A DNA stretch of 62,890 nt, filler included, from Welwitschia mirabilis (lineage: Eukaryota), in the NCBI GenBank assembly GCA_051453625.1. It is 9 parts of one record of this genome, joined end to end, with 100 filler letters (N's around TTAATTAATTAA, not from the genome) between each part and the next. Parts side by side here need not be neighbours in the genome. Positions count along the whole stretch, not along the records: positions 36,205 to 49,231 come from JBOZIK010000001.1; positions 49,332 to 50,973 come from JBOZIK010000001.1; 7 more parts are not named here. One strand, given 5' to 3'. This document shows positions 36,205 to 50,641 of this stretch, piece after piece. The notes below the pieces were generated by a model. That model saw nothing but the letters and a program-made list of their open reading frames with translations, made no database searches and was not told the origin of the DNA. A program made the position numbers and the translations under genes. Each line of letters begins with the position of its first letter. Position 1 is the first letter of the stretch.

Positions 36205-37615
36205 TTTAGTTCAAAATGGATCATCAAGATAAACTCATGATGAAGTTACTTGAACTAATCAGGTTGATAATTGATAAGTTTGCTATATACATATAGTACA
36301 TTATGATGAATAAAGAAAATGGAAAAACATTATATAAGTTTTACTAAACATTATATAATACCTATTTCTAAGTATTGCTAATTATCCTAATTTGTATTCA
36401 AGTGCATAAATAGGAGCAAGTGAAAAAAATTATTACTTTTACAAGTAATAAAACATGTTTATAATACTACTTAAAATANNNNNNNNNNNNNNNNNNNNNN
36501 NNNNNNNNNNNNNNNNNNNNNNNNNNNNNNNNNNNNNNNNNNNNNNNNNNNNNNNNNNNNNNNNNNNNNNNNNNNNNNNNNNNNNNNNNNNNNNNNNNNN
36601 NNNNNNNNNNNNNNNNNNNNNNNNNNNNNNNNNNNNNNNNNNNNNNNNNNNNNNNNNNNNNNNNNNNNNNNNNNNNNNNNNNNNNNNNNNNNNNNNNNNN
36701 NNNNNNNNNNNNNNNNNNNNNNNNNNNNNNNNNNNNNNNNNNNNNNNNNNNNNNNNNNNNNNNNNNNNNNNNNNNNNNNNNNNNNNNNNNNNNNNNNNNN
36801 NNNNNNNNNNNNNNNNNNNNNNNNNNNNNNNNNNNNNNNNNNNNNNNNNNNNNNNNNNNNNNNNNNNNNNNNNNNNNNNNNNNNNNNNNNNNNNNNNNNN
36901 NNNNNNNNNNNNNNNNNNNNNNNNNNNNNNNNNNNNNNNNNNNNNNNNNNNNNNNNNNNNNNNNNNNNNNNNNNNNNNNNNNNNNNNNNNNNNNNNNNNN
37001 NNNNNNNNNNNNNNNNNNNNNNNNNNNNNNNNNNNNNNNNNNNNNNNNNNNNNNNNNNNNNNNNNNNNNNNNNNNNNNNNNNNNNNNNNNNNNNNNNNNN
37101 NNNNNNNNNNNNNNNNNNNNNNNNNNNNNNNNNNNNNNNNNNNNNNNNNNNNNNNNNNNNNNNNNNNNNNNNNNNNNNNNNNNNNNNNNNNNNNNNNNNN
37201 NNNNNNNNNNNNNNNNNNNNNNNNNNNNNNNNNNNNNNNNNNNNNNNNNNNNNNNNNNNNATATCCTCCCTCTTCATTGTGATCCTCTTCTTATACCATT
37301 TAGCCCTTCTATTTTGTTGTTTCGTTTCTTTGATCCTAAAGAATAGGTTGCCACCTTGATCTTCTCTATTATCCTCATGTCAAATGGCATTTTGTAACTC
37401 TATCATAATGATATAATTATATACACTGATCTACTAACATACTAATTAACTAACTTATTAACTAATTAATATATTGACCTAAATACTAAAGAGAAATATT
37501 GAATACCATCTAAAATATATAACTATAAGAACAAAAATATTTTATTAATAAGAAAAATTTACATCATTATATTTACCCATAAGTTCCCCCAAGCTCAAGA
37601 TTTTATTAGTCCCTT
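36205..37615 (-). repeat. LTR family C 3' LTR (gapped) with Athila-type PPT
   Basis: Homology to 11800-12100 and 59820-60300. AGTTCCCCCAAGCTCAAG...AGTCCC at 37582-37613 is the reverse of the Athila AGCTTGGGGGA PPT context. Confidence 0.55.
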
Positions 37616-37899
37616 AACAAAGTATGCATAGGAAAGAAAAACTAAGCTCATCATTTTTCCTTTATTCTTTTAAAAAAAAAGGGATGATCTTTAGTGGATT
37701 TAGATTCTTCTCTAGCCAACAAGGTTGATTTTGTTTCCTATTCTAAGGCAGGTAGAATTTTCTTTTATTCCTTTTGTAAAATAGGATCATTCAAATCTAT
37801 AATCTTTGTACTTGATAGCTCTTTAGTTGCTACCTTTTGTCCTCTAGCTCTTCCTTTTGAAGAAGTCTTTGGTAGTTCTAGTTCTTCTCTCTTTCTTTT

Positions 37900-40800
37900 A
37901 GGAGCTAAAGAAATTTTTATTTTAAGAAATTAAGGCATATATTCTAGTTTTAAAGCTGCTTTGACTTGTAATCCTACTCCTTAGGGTTATCCTAAAGGGA
38001 CTGTATACATTTTTGATGTATCTTTATTTTTCATCTTTGAAAAACTATTCGTAAAAGTGACTCTGAGCATGATTATATTCTTTATAATTCTATCTCTAAA
38101 TAAATACAACTACTAAAGATCTTGAGAGGACACTAAAAAAATTTTCATATCTATTTCATATCCTTCTATTATTTTATAAAATTTTATCATTGTATCATTT
38201 AAAAGAATTTTAAATTCCCATATAGAGACTTCATTTATTTTCTGTACAAATTCATTTTTAAAGACTCAACCTCTTTATAATAAGTACCAAAAGCTCTATT
38301 TAGCTTTGATCGCCCCCCAAAAGTCTTCTGAATAATATTTTCTAATTACTCTTCAAATCTATTAATAAAATCATATAACTTATGGGGATTGTAATCAAAG
38401 CTTCGAGGAATTGCCAATTCCTCATGGCCAAAACCAATTCATTTACCTAATTTAACCTCCAATAGGTGTAGTTCATGTAGTCATCTTATATTTTCTTTTT
38501 CTAAAGTTTGAATAATAAGTTAGGTAGTTTCTGGGCATATTAACCTAATATCCTTCTTCAAGTCTACATTAGATTCTTTCAAAGCATCTACAACACTTAG
38601 CTTTACTTTAGTTTTAATGTTAGCAGTGAGATTTAAAAAGGTAGAAGGAATATCTTGTATTAAATCTACTACCCTTGAAATCTTCTCTTTTATTTCTATG
38701 GTTATTTATTCAGTGGCTAGATTTTAATGAGCTTAATGAATAGAAGAGCTTGCTTCTTCTATCTTATTTTTTAGAGCCTTATTTTCTTCTATCATTTAAT
38801 CCATGGCTCTCTTGTTTGATCCTAANNNNNNNNNNNNNNNNNNNNNNNNNNNNNNNNNNNNNNNNNNNNNNNNNNNNNNNNNNNNNNNNNNNNNNNNNNN
38901 NNNNNNNNNNNNNNNNNNNNNNNNNTCCTATAGTAACTTCAGTTCTTTCCTATACAAATTCATTTTTCAAAAATTTAACCTCTTTTTTACAAGCATCAAA
39001 AACTCTATTTAACTTTGACCACCCTCCAAAAGTCTTTTGATTTATACTTTCTAATTCATATTTAAATTTATCAAATAATTTATATAACTTTTAGGGGTAG
39101 TAATCAAGGCTTCAAGGAACTAGTAATTCCTCATAATCAAAACCAATTCACTTTTCTAACTTAATATCCATTAGGTTTAGTTCATGTAGTAATCTCATAT
39201 TTTCTTTTTCTAAATTTTAAATAAGAATTTAGGTAGATTCTAGGCATATTAACCTAATATTCTTTTTCAACTCTACATAAGGTTCTTTTAAAGCATCTGT
39301 AACACTTAGTTTTATTTTATTTTTAATTTCAATAGCCAAATTTAAATATGTTGAAGTAATATCTTATATTGAATTTACTACCTTTCCTATCTCCTTTTTT
39401 ATTTCTAAGATTATATGCTTAACATCTAGATATTGATGAGTTTGATGACTAGAAGAGCTTGTTCCTTTTATCTTATTATTTAGAGCCTTATTTTCTTTTA
39501 TCATTTGATTTATGGCTCTTTTATTTGCTCCTCATATTAAATGATAGTAATCAATTAAATTTTAAGCTTCAACCCATTTGGATTTATATTACTGAGCCTC
39601 TATCTAAATCTTCATGCATTCTTCATTCATACCTTTCAAGTCTGTGTAGATTTTCTCTGAGTATTTCTTTCTTAATGGTAAAGGCCCTTCATTATGAATA
39701 AATGTAATAAATTTTTGTTGATGCTCTATATATTCAGCATTATATTTCTTGGTTGAAATGAGATTCTGAAATGAAGAAAGTAACAAGTCTAATCTTTTTC
39801 TTAGAAAACTTTCTAATTCATTCTTATCTTTGAAAGTTGTTTTTAATTCAAAAATTAACTCATAAGATCTTTATAATTTTCTACTCATGTCTTTATATGC
39901 TTCTAAGAGCTAAACATTTTTCTCCTTTTTTATCATTTCTTTTTGTATTTTTTTAGCATTTTCTTTTTCCTAATCTAATTTTTGTCTTAAAAATTGTAGT
40001 TCTGATACTTCTTGTTGCGATAAGTTTGAATTTCATCCTTAACTGAATTTAAAGCATTACAAAGACTATTAATATTATCTTCCTCTAGTGCTTTAGAGAA
40101 TGGACCAAACTATAATGGATGAGGGGAAATAATTTCTTCAAGAGTAAACTGAGTTAGGTTCTAGTTCATACTTGTAGGAGACAATAATGAGGGAAGGCTC
40201 TAAGGAAGAGAAATGGGATCACCTGGCCTTGATTGAGGAGTTCCTTAAGTTAAACTTATTTTTCATGTGGTTTTTAAAAGACTTAATCCTTTAACTCTAA
40301 AAAGACTCTAAATCATCAAGTCCACACAGGACTTATTTAGCCTAAATGGAACTCTATTTTTACTTTGTATTTGGGCTACCAAAGATAGAAATCCTAGTCT
40401 TGCTACACTAGAAGCTCTTATTTCAACTTTCTTCATTTTTGAAATATGTCTAACTAAACCTAAAAATATTCCTTCTATAATATTAACATTTATTTAATTT
40501 ATTCTATTCTTTATAGATGCTCTCATGTATAAGCTAGGTAATGTGGTACACTTCTGTTTATGAAGAATCGGTACAAAATTGCTAAACATAATTATTGAAA
40601 TAATAAAAAATTTTTCTTCTAAAACTTTATTTATAGGTATTCTTTATTTCACTACTACCCTCCCTAATAGACTCATGCTTAAATTTGTATCTTCTTTCTT
40701 GCTTGTATCCTTAATAGATTTACCTCTAGATGGGAAGTGCAATATTTCTCTAATTTTTTCTTGAGTAATTCATATTCTCTTATTCTCAACAATTGTTTCA

Positions 40801-41200
40801 AATACATTTTTCTTTCCATCAAACCTTAAATTCTTATAAAATTCTTAAACATATTCTAAAGTAAATTTATCATTTATTGTTAACCACTCATAGTAGTTAA
40901 TTCACGATACATTGTTTAAAATCTACTAAAGAGGGGTCTGAAAACACATCTGAAAAATTCAAGGAAGAAATGATTTTGAATTCTATTAAATTTTCATAAT
41001 TGTTTGAGTTAGATAAGGTCATTTAAAACCTTATTTGAAAAACCTTTTTTTAATGAAAAATAAAAACTACTAAAGTAATGATATTTGAGAAGTAATTTTA
41101 CACTCATTAAGTAGGTCTCTTTTTTAAAAGAATATATAACTTCATAATTTGGAAAACAGAAAATAGAAAATATTTCCTTGAAAGAGTTGACACTTCCCAA
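37900..41200 (-). pseudogene. Decayed extra (env-like/ORF2) region of an Athila-type element
   Basis: Minus-strand EYV*EFYKNLRFDGKKNVFETIVENKRI*ITQEKIREILHF at ~40740-40860 matches the VxEFYxN...IxITxExIxEIL pattern. Lies upstream of the PPT at 37582. Confidence 0.5.
38216..39535. repeat. Diverged ~610 bp tandem duplication (38216-38825 / 38926-39535)
   Basis: Colinear copies sharing CCAAAAGTCTT, AAAACCAATTCA, GGCATATTAACCTAATAT and TAGAGCCTTATTTTCTT, with many substitutions. Confidence 0.88.
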
Positions 41201-44200
41201 GTATTTTATTTTCACAACATTTATTGTTCATCCTACCTTCAAGTTAAATGTTTTCATACTCATGAATGCTTGAAAATAAAAATACGAGTAAGAATGATTA
41301 ACTTGAAATTTTTGTATGGATTTGTTCCACTATAATGTTGAAAGAAATCAAGGCAAATAAAGTAAAATGCAAAAGTAAAAATGAAATTACATACCTATTT
41401 CCTACTTAAAATAGATAAAAATCTATGCCTACTGTTACATTTAATTTGCACATTTGAAGAGACTAAAAATTTTAACAGAAAAGATTTAGAAATGGAATCA
41501 TTCCACATGGATGTTGATGTGGAAAATGAATGACATGGTGGCAAAGAGAATAATAAGGAACTTAGTTAATGTGAAATAGATATTATGGAGGCTAACATGG
41601 GCTAGGTAACATAGAAATAAGGCATTTGCTAATTTTTAATTGGGGGTTATCAGAATGAGGAGGTGGTCATCGAGTTTCATTTTAAGTGAAAGGTTGAAGG
41701 AATAAGGTATCAAATTTAAGTGGTTACCAAGTTTTGCAATAAAAGGATTTGATGAGGGTTATCAAGAACTCTTAAGTTATCAATAGGAATTATCAAATCC
41801 ATTGTGAAGTTGATAAAGGATTTGAAAGGGGTTATTAAGAAATCAAAAGTTCTTCTTGAGGTCTTTTCAATCCTAATTAATTAAATATATTTAAGTGAGA
41901 TAAAATAAAGAAGTATGGTTGTGGAAAGAAGATACAGTGAAAAGTCAGTAGAAGACTTACAAAAAAGAAACCCACTCTTTAGTAATGGGTTTCTTTAATA
42001 AACAATAAGTTAACTTGAATTCCAACTCAAAGTTTTTGCTTTGAGCTACGATCAGTAAGCCTTCTAAACTTGCATCACAATGGCTTGGCTTGAAACCTGA
42101 TTAAAAGTTTTAACTTTGAGTTAGTGTTAGTTTGGCCTAAAATCTTACTTAGAGTTTTAACTTTAAGTTAATGTCAGTTAACCAAGTGATATTATTTTAT
42201 GCAGGCTTAATAATATAAAATTTGGAAAGATATATCTTTTCATTTATTAAGTTGACTTGAAATATTACTCAAAGTTTTGACTTTGAGTTAGTATCAATTA
42301 AGTAGATAAACCTAGTTTAGAATTTTAGCTCATGATAATGTTCTGTCAAATGAANNNNNNNNNNNNNNNNNNNNNNNNNNNNNNNNNNNNNNNNNNNNNN
42401 NNNNNNNNNNNNNNNNNNNNNNNNNNNNNNNNNNNNNNNNNNNNNNNNNNNNNNNNNNNNNNNNNNNNNNNNNNNNNNNNNNNNNNNNNNNNNNNNNNNN
42501 NNNNNNNNNNNNNNNNNNNNNNNNNNNNNNNNNNNNNNNNNNNNNNNNNNNNNNNNNNNNNNNNNNNNNNNNNNNNNNNNNNNNNNNNNNNNNNNNNNNN
42601 NNNNNNNNNNNNNNNNNNNNNNNNNNNNNNNNNNNNNNNNNNNNNNNNNNNNNNNNNNNNNNNNNNNNNNNNNNNNNNNNNNNNNNNNNNNNNNNNNNNN
42701 NNNNNNNNNNNNNNNNNNNNNNNNNNNNNNNNNNNNNNNNNNNNNNNNNNNNNNNNNNNNNNNNNNNNNNNNNNNNNNNNNNNNNNNNNNNNNNNNNNNN
42801 NNNNNNNNNNNNNNNNNNNNNNNNNNNNNNNNNNNNNNNNNNNNNNNNNNNNNNNNNNNNNNNNNNNNNNNNNNNNNNNNNNNNNNNNNNNNNNNNNNNN
42901 NNNNNNNNNNNNNNNNNNNNNNNNNNNNNNNNNNNNNNNNNNNNNNNNNNNNNNNNNNNNNNNNNNNNNNNNNNNNNNNNNNNNNNNNNNNNNNNNNNNN
43001 NNNNNNNNNNNNNNNNNNNNNNNNNNNNNNNNNNNNNNNNNNNNNNNNNNNNNNNNNNNNNNNNNNNNNNNNNNNATTGCTATACACTTGGCACATCTGA
43101 AATGATGAATATAGTAGGTATGTAATTTCTTCAAAATATTTTACTTTATTACTAAACATGTATACATTAAGTATCTCAAGATAAGTCATATTTATCAACT
43201 ACATTAAATAATACTTATGCTATAAATTTCATTCTTTTATGCTAATCATTCATCATTCTTCATACTAAGTCTTAGAGTTCCTTCACTCAATTTTATTTAA
43301 TCCTTATTATTCCTTTCTATTCAATCCCTATGGCATCTACTTCCACTCATTCTACAAATTGATATGTGTGTTAGAAGTGTAGAACTATAATCATCTCAAA
43401 TTACGATTAGGTCTAAAAATGAGGTGTAATACTCATTATATTATAGTTATAAGTTAACTACTGAGGTCTTAAATACATTGGATACCTTTATTACTAAAGC
43501 TGGTAGAGAAAGTTTGAGAATGGGGTCATTACTTTAAGTATTAGTCCTATAATTCATCATTTAGTGGCCACATATCTAAGGGTTAGGATAGAAAAATTAC
43601 TTTAGCAACTTAATCAAGGAGACTTAGCTTATGATGTTTCCCTAGGTAAACTAGCTAAATAGGTGTAACTATTAGAAAATAAAGTTAATTTGTTTCAAGG
43701 CATAAATCCTACACTTAGTCTATCTACAGTGAGCTTTGAGAGGGAAAACATTAAAAAAAAAAAGATGATATGGAAGGTAAAGCCTTACAAGAATTTTTGG
43801 TGAGCTCACCCTAAATAAATAAGAATGATGTCAGAATTTTTAAGTATAATGAACCTATTATCACTAGGTAAGAGATCTACAGGGTTATCTAAGACTAGAC
43901 ACTCTAATAGAAAGAATAAGTTCTCTAGCTATTTCAAGAATTAAGTTTCTTTAGTAGAGTGATTTATTTCTTAACTTTAAGTAGTTTGAACAAGGCTTTT
44001 GTTATGTTTGTGAGGGATGATATAATAAATATATTTATCTAATAAAGTTTTTGTTTGTTATTTTGTTTCAAATAAATTTAGCTTATTAGTATTTTTATTG
44101 ATCATATCAATTAAATTAAAGGAAATTTATACTAAATAATTTATCAAATTTTTTTATTCTCAAAACTACAAATTATCAAAAATATTTTACCTCTCTAAAT

Positions 44201-44299
44201 TAAGATATTTCAAAATGAATTTAAAACTATGAAGCTTTACTCTTCACTAAAATAAAATTTAATGATCCTACATGATATTGAATTGAAGATTTTTAGATT

Positions 44300-45692
44300 C
44301 ACAATCCATCACATACTAGAATAAAAATCTCTCCTTTTTTAATAGATATGTAAGTTGTAATACATAATTGTGGCCTTGGTAACTAGCTATGTCTCAGATG
44401 ACTAGTAAGGAACAACTATTTAAGGATAGTACAACCACTGTCAAGTGAGTAAGGACCTAAAATATTTTCAAAATCTAGATCATGGCCAAGTAACCCCCCA
44501 GTGGAGTTCTCATAGCTACTATATTACACTGCTAAAGGTCCCTCTTAGGAATATTTATTATGGTGCACTTGCAGTAGAACATTGTGTGTTTTTTCTTATA
44601 TTCATTAGAAGATATTCTATCATGTGATGGAAAGTATTTCCTTAATCTTATTAATAAGGATAATGTACTATCTCCTATTAAAGACTTACCAAGTTAGCTT
44701 ATTATTTTAAAATCATTAAATTTATCTTGAATAACTTAATAAATTGATAGATTAAATAACTTTAAAGAAATAACACATCCTTTATTATCTAGTTTAAATA
44801 ATTTTTTATTTTATAAGTAGACTAGAAGTAATCTTTTCATTCTATTAGGATTTCCTAAATAATAAAATAAAGATTTATGATCATAATACATCTTTATTCT
44901 TTATCCATTAACTTGGTAGGTTATCTTTTCATTAAGAGCATATACCTCGACTGTTTCATTTTACAAAGTTTTTATTATCGTATAAGATTCTAGTTAATTT
45001 TTTTCATATTTTTATTTTGAATGGATATTTTTACAATCATATATTAGTATAGAATCTCCTATATCCAAATTAGTTTTTTTTAAATTTTATTATCATGATA
45101 TATTTTCGTTTTTTATTGTATAAGTTTTTTACATAAAAGAGCTTCTTTTTTGTTTTCATCTAAAATATTCATGTTTTCTATCCATTCTTCTTGAGCTATA
45201 TCCAAACTATACTTTGGTCATTTAGCCAATTTAAAGATCTTTGTTTTAAACTCAATTGGAAAAATAGATCTTTTTCCATAGACTAATTTATATATTAGAA
45301 ATCCTGTGTTATGCTTCTAAGTTATTCTATAAGCCCATAAAGCTTCATTTAATTTTTTAGCCCAATTTGTTTTCTTACAATTTATGAATTTTATTAATAA
45401 TCTATTAATATTTTTTATTAGTTACTATAGCTTAGTCATTAAAATGAGGATGATAGGCAGTAGAGAGTTTGTAATGGATTTCATGTTTAGTTAAGAGTTT
45501 CTTGAAATGTTCACTAATAAAATGAGTTCCTCTGTCAGATAGAAGACTTTGAGAAACTATAAACTGATAGATAATATTCTTAAGAAAAAAGTAACTATGG
45601 TTTAGAAAGAATAGTAATATATAATCTCATCCTTAGCCCACTTAGTGAAATAATCAATGTAGACCAAAATATATTTTTTTCCATAAGATGAA
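44300..45692 (-). pseudogene. Second Athila-like integrase and downstream region, paralog of 5900-7260
   Basis: Colinear with 5900-7260. Minus-strand YILVYIDYFTKWAK, HKLSTAYHPH, and a shared AGTGGAGTTCTC block. Cut by an LTR at 45693. Confidence 0.8.
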
Positions 45693-46947
45693 TGTTGCAG
45701 TGCATATTTGTACAATAATTTATGTCCTTTATCAAATCTTCTCAATCACAAATTTGTTGCAAAAAACATATACTAGTATAGCTGGAAGTAAATCCAAATG
45801 TATTAATCTATTAAAGGCATAGGCAAGAAGAAAGAGAATTTATTTTAAACAAAATATTTTTGTATTTTATTTTAAGTAGAAAAACAGTGTAAGAAACAAT
45901 TTAAAGTAAACATAATATGTAATGAAATTCAAGTACTACTTTAGCTAAAATATCTATTTGATTACCAAATCTTTTATTATAAAGATTAGCTCTATATAAA
46001 CTAGATCAATTAAGAAAAACTATTACTAAAACCTAATCAACCTAAGCTATCAGGCACACTGAACAAAATATGGAAAACATGAAATATTATGCTATAAAAT
46101 TGAAAATATAATGCAATGCAACTACTCTAATAATTTCAACTTTAGTAAAGGTTTTTCTTGTGATCTATATCAAGTATGAAGCTACCATGAAATCATATTA
46201 GACATAACTCATAAGAAAGATGTACAAAAGATAACATATAGGAAAAATAGAGTTTTGATTAAAATCAAACCAACATCCATGTTATAAAGTAGTAGTACCT
46301 CAAGGAAGGAAGCATAGCCCAATGCTAAGGAAGACTTCTCTCAGCAACAATGGATGGATATCTTTCCCTTTGATATCTTGTCACTTGAATTTTCAGTGCT
46401 AAAGAAGATAAAATCAAAGTCAAGGATAAAGGAGGTATTTATTACAATCGAATACTTTAAAAATAATAAATCTGATAGATGAAAAAAAAAACCTAATGGT
46501 GCATCAGAGGTGCATGACACATTATACAAGTTAGAAGAAGTTTGATGCATAGGCTAAAAATAGTTATTATCCTAACTATCATTCAGATAATTATGGAGAT
46601 GATGCCATGTAAAGAGAGATTCCATATCATCTTTTATCATTGGTCTAATTAATATCTTTGCTAGTGTACAGGTGCTATTATTCATATTATCATCTGAATG
46701 ATGAAGGGGATGAAATGATTTTGAAGCTTTCCATCAAGTCAAATGGGCTTTGTAGATCATTAGCTCCACCTCAGAATATGAAGTATTAGAATTGATTCAA
46801 AATGCCTTCAAATATGCTAATAATTGCATGTTTTCATGATTTCTACCTGATTCTTAATAATTGTCAATTTTCACTTAATCCTATCTAAATGTCTTGCAAA
46901 AATACTTAAAATACCCTATGAAAAACACATAATTTGGCATCACAACA
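45693..46947 (-). repeat. LTR family A 3' LTR inserted in integrase; PPT at 46948-46960
   Basis: TGTTGCAGTGC...GGCATCACAACA (TGTTG/CAACA inverted termini), followed by TAGCCCCCCCACT (reverse PPT). Confidence 0.82.
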
Positions 46948-49900
46948 TAGCCCCCCCACTTAACCTTGTTAGTCCTTAACAAAGTTGATAAAAAACTATA
47001 ATTGCGAGTCAAATTGGCTAAGATAGACATAAGCTAGGGATATGTAAATTAAGTTCAAAAGTCTCATTATGCAAGATTAAATCTCAAAATTAAATAAACT
47101 AAATGTGTTATGTGGGTAGATATTATCATCATGCTATTGTCTAGTATGTTATCTGAACGATTACAGGGGTAATAAGCTCTTAAAAATCTGATTANNNNNN
47201 NNNNNNNNNNNNNNNNNNNNNNNNNNNNNNNNNNNNNNNNNNNNNNNNNNNNNNNNNNNNNNNNNNNNNNNNNNNNNNNNNNNNNNNNNNNNNNNNNNNN
47301 NNNNNNNNNNNNNNNNNNNNNNNNNNNNNNNNNNNNNNNNNNNNNNNNNNNNNNNNNNNNNNNNNNNNNNNNNNNNNNNNNNNNNNNNNNNNNNNNNNNN
47401 NNNNNNNNNNNNNNNNNNNNNNNNNNNNNNNNNNNNNNNNNNNNNNNNNNNNNNNNNNNNNNNNNNNNNNNNNNNNNNNNNNNNNNNNNNNNNNNNNNNN
47501 NNNNNNNNNNNNNNNNNNNNNNNNNNNNNNNNNNNNNNNNNNNNNNNNNNNNNNNNNNNNNNNNNNNNNNNNNNNNNNNNNNNNNNNNNNNNNNNNNNNN
47601 NNNNNNNNNNNNNNNNNNNNNNNNNNNNNNNNNNNNNNNNNNNNNNNNNNNNNNNNNNNNNNNNNNNNNNNNNNNNNNNNNNNNNNNNNNNNNNNNNNNN
47701 NNNNNNNNNNNNNNNNNNNNNNNNNNNNNNNNNNNNNNNNNNNNNNNNNNNNNNNNNNNNNNNNNNNNNNNNNNNNNNNNNNNNNNNNNNNNNNNNNNNN
47801 NNNNNNNNNNNNNNNNNNNNNNNNNNNNNNNNNNNNNNNNNNNNNNNNNNNNNNNNNNNNNNNNNNNNNNNNNNNNNNNNNNNNNNNNNNNNNNNNATAA
47901 GTATGCTCATCATAAAACAAGATAAAAACACTAACTAGTATGTTATCCCCCCCACTTAAAACATTTAGCGCATTAAAAAAATAGAGATTGAATTAAATAA
48001 TAATAAGAATCATCATAACATATAACCATAATAACTTAGATAAATGATGTGCATGTATAATCAAAAAAATTAATAACTCAAAAAATATAATCATAATTCA
48101 AACATTAAGTTTTTAAACATAATCTATAAGGGAAAATACCTTGAAAATAATCATAACATTATTTCCTTCATACATGGTTTTATGAATTTCTTAGACTGTC
48201 GTTATAAGAAAAACAAACTACAAGTATTCTACTACCAAGTACATAGTTTACTAAACAATATCTATAATGCATATCAATCAAATGATAGGCGATCATAATT
48301 AGATTAGTACATTATAGATATATATATATCATGAAAATTTTTAAAATGCCCCTTAAAATTACTAGATAAAAATATTTTAAAAATATCATAAAAGTATTTA
48401 TCTAAAAAGCATATTCTAGATATTCAACAATGAATCAATACGTCTTGTGTTGCATTCATGTAATAAAGGAAAAAAAATGAAAACACAAGTTAAGTAAGCA
48501 AAATAAATGGGCTTTAGAGTAGTAGTCTATGCATGAAAAAAGGATCAGAACTAGCCAAAAAAAGATGAAAAATGAAAATGATGATGCTCAAAAAATATAA
48601 CTACATTGTACTACCTAGTCATCTAGATGATAAAATGGATGATAGGGTTTTTTAAAAGATTAGAAAAATTAAAGCAAGAAAATAATATGTTATATTAAAG
48701 TAAGAGCATGAAGGATTCATAACATTATCAAAAAGTCTAAGAGATAGGTAAAAAACTAATAATCACAATGGATAAGGCATAATAAAGAAGGTGATTTTTG
48801 GAAAAAACTTAAGGTGAAAGAAAGGGATCTCAAGATAGAGTAATAATAGTGCATTAAACTAAGGAAAATCTTAAAAATATGCCATGAACTCACAATCATT
48901 GAAAAATAGTAAGTCATGTATCAACACTCAAAAAGAAGATTAAAGAACTCAAATTTAAAATAAACTAAAAGAATAGATGGGAAAAATTATCGTCATAAAC
49001 TAAAGGAACATTATTTAATAAAATGCTAAAATAAACTCAACACCTAAAAATAAAAAACTGCATTTGAAAATATAAATCAATAATAAAACTATCAAATGAT
49101 TAAATCCTAAGTATTTGTAATGAAAAAGTATGAAAATGACTTTGAAATATCAAAGAAAATAACTAAGGAAGATAAAACAAAAATAGGCAACTAGATATAT
49201 GAAGAAGATTATATACCTACTCTAAATTCAANNNNNNNNNNNNNNNNNNNNNNNNNNNNNNNNNNNNNNNNNNNNTTAATTAATTAANNNNNNNNNNNNN
49301 NNNNNNNNNNNNNNNNNNNNNNNNNNNNNNNTCTTTAGTGTATGATCATGTGGGAATTTTGTGTTATAAGAAAAAAAAGTAAAATAAAGGCCATGATGTT
49401 TTCTATTTTGTATCTTAAAAACATAGTCACCATGATGTCCTACCATAAGTACACTAGGGCAAATATTTCTGAGAGGAGCCTTTGGTAGTATAATATGGTA
49501 GCTATGGGAACTTCACTAGGAGGTCAGTTGGCCATGCTTTATGAGTTCTTACTCCTCTAATAGTAGTTGTACTCCCCTCATCATGGTAAAAGAAATAAAA
49601 CCCTTAGTATTCCCACTTGATCATTTCACTTTTAGATATTCCAGTGAGTTTGTGGGGTAAAAGTAGGTGAGTTCATTTCTACGTAACTTCTAATCTTGAC
49701 ATCTATTGTTTTACACACTTAAAACTGTGAATATTAACATAACCACTTTCTTTTTAAATAAACGTTATGGAGTTAATACATTTTATCATGCATATTTACT
49801 CAGATGATTTTATGATGTTTTTCTTAGAGTTTGCTAGGTTAGTACTTAGGATAGATAAACAATCTTCTCCTTGTTCCTTCTGCCCATTTTCACTCTAGTT

Positions 49901-50641
49901 TTTTTTTTTTTTCGTTTTCTCGTTTACAATTTCAAAGTCATTTCTGCACTTTATTATTTCTTCTTAGGACTTTAATCATTTAGTAGTTTTTATTGTTGTT
50001 TCAATCATGATAAAACATTTCTTTCCATTTCTTTTTCTCATGATTTAGCAATTCGGGATGTATTGCATTTTTTTAGAGCAAGGGCGGCCGCGGGGGGGGG
50101 ATGGTGTTGGGAGGAGGACATATTTTTAGTATTTTTAACACTTCTTTATCGATTATGAAAATCATTATTACAGATTCTCCTTTCTTTCCCCCTACTCCTG
50201 AGCCAAGATTCATCATACATAGATGAGGAAAGTGATTCTACATTTTGTTTCAGGATGGTGTACTAATTATATCTGATTTTTACATGATTATCTTTATATT
50301 TGACTATTTATCACAATGAGGGGCTATTTATCATGATTAATTAACAAAGAAAATTGATTTATATCATAGGTTCTAGTTTTGGAAATTCTTTGCAAAAACC
50401 TGTCGTCCTCTTTATCATCTGGATGACTGTACCGGATGACCAATCCTTGATGTTTTGCAAGTATTTATGTTTAGTGTTTTGAATTTTTCAGAAATTTAAT
50501 CTATCTTGGGAGTATTTTTCAAATCTTTTTCAGATAATTTCTTTAGATATCTGAGTTATTTTTATTGCCTAAAAAGTTAGCTCATAGATGTTTCTTACCG
50601 CCTTATTTTATCAAGGACTGATAAGGCTAAGTGGGAGGATA

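Noticed and set aside
42025..42290. CRISPR-like array of palindromic repeats
   Set aside because: The repeats are degenerate, the spacing is irregular, there are no cas genes, and the context is eukaryotic TE DNA.
49495..49540. Lipase-like GxSxG motif VAMGTSLGGQLAM
   Set aside because: The other two copies encode Pro (CCA) at the Ser position; TCA is a likely C>T decay product.
50082..50118. NotI site plus G-run (vector remnant or G-quadruplex)
   Set aside because: It appears to correspond to an internal PPT-like G-tract of the element (cf. the C-run at ~47946), and no other vector sequence is present.
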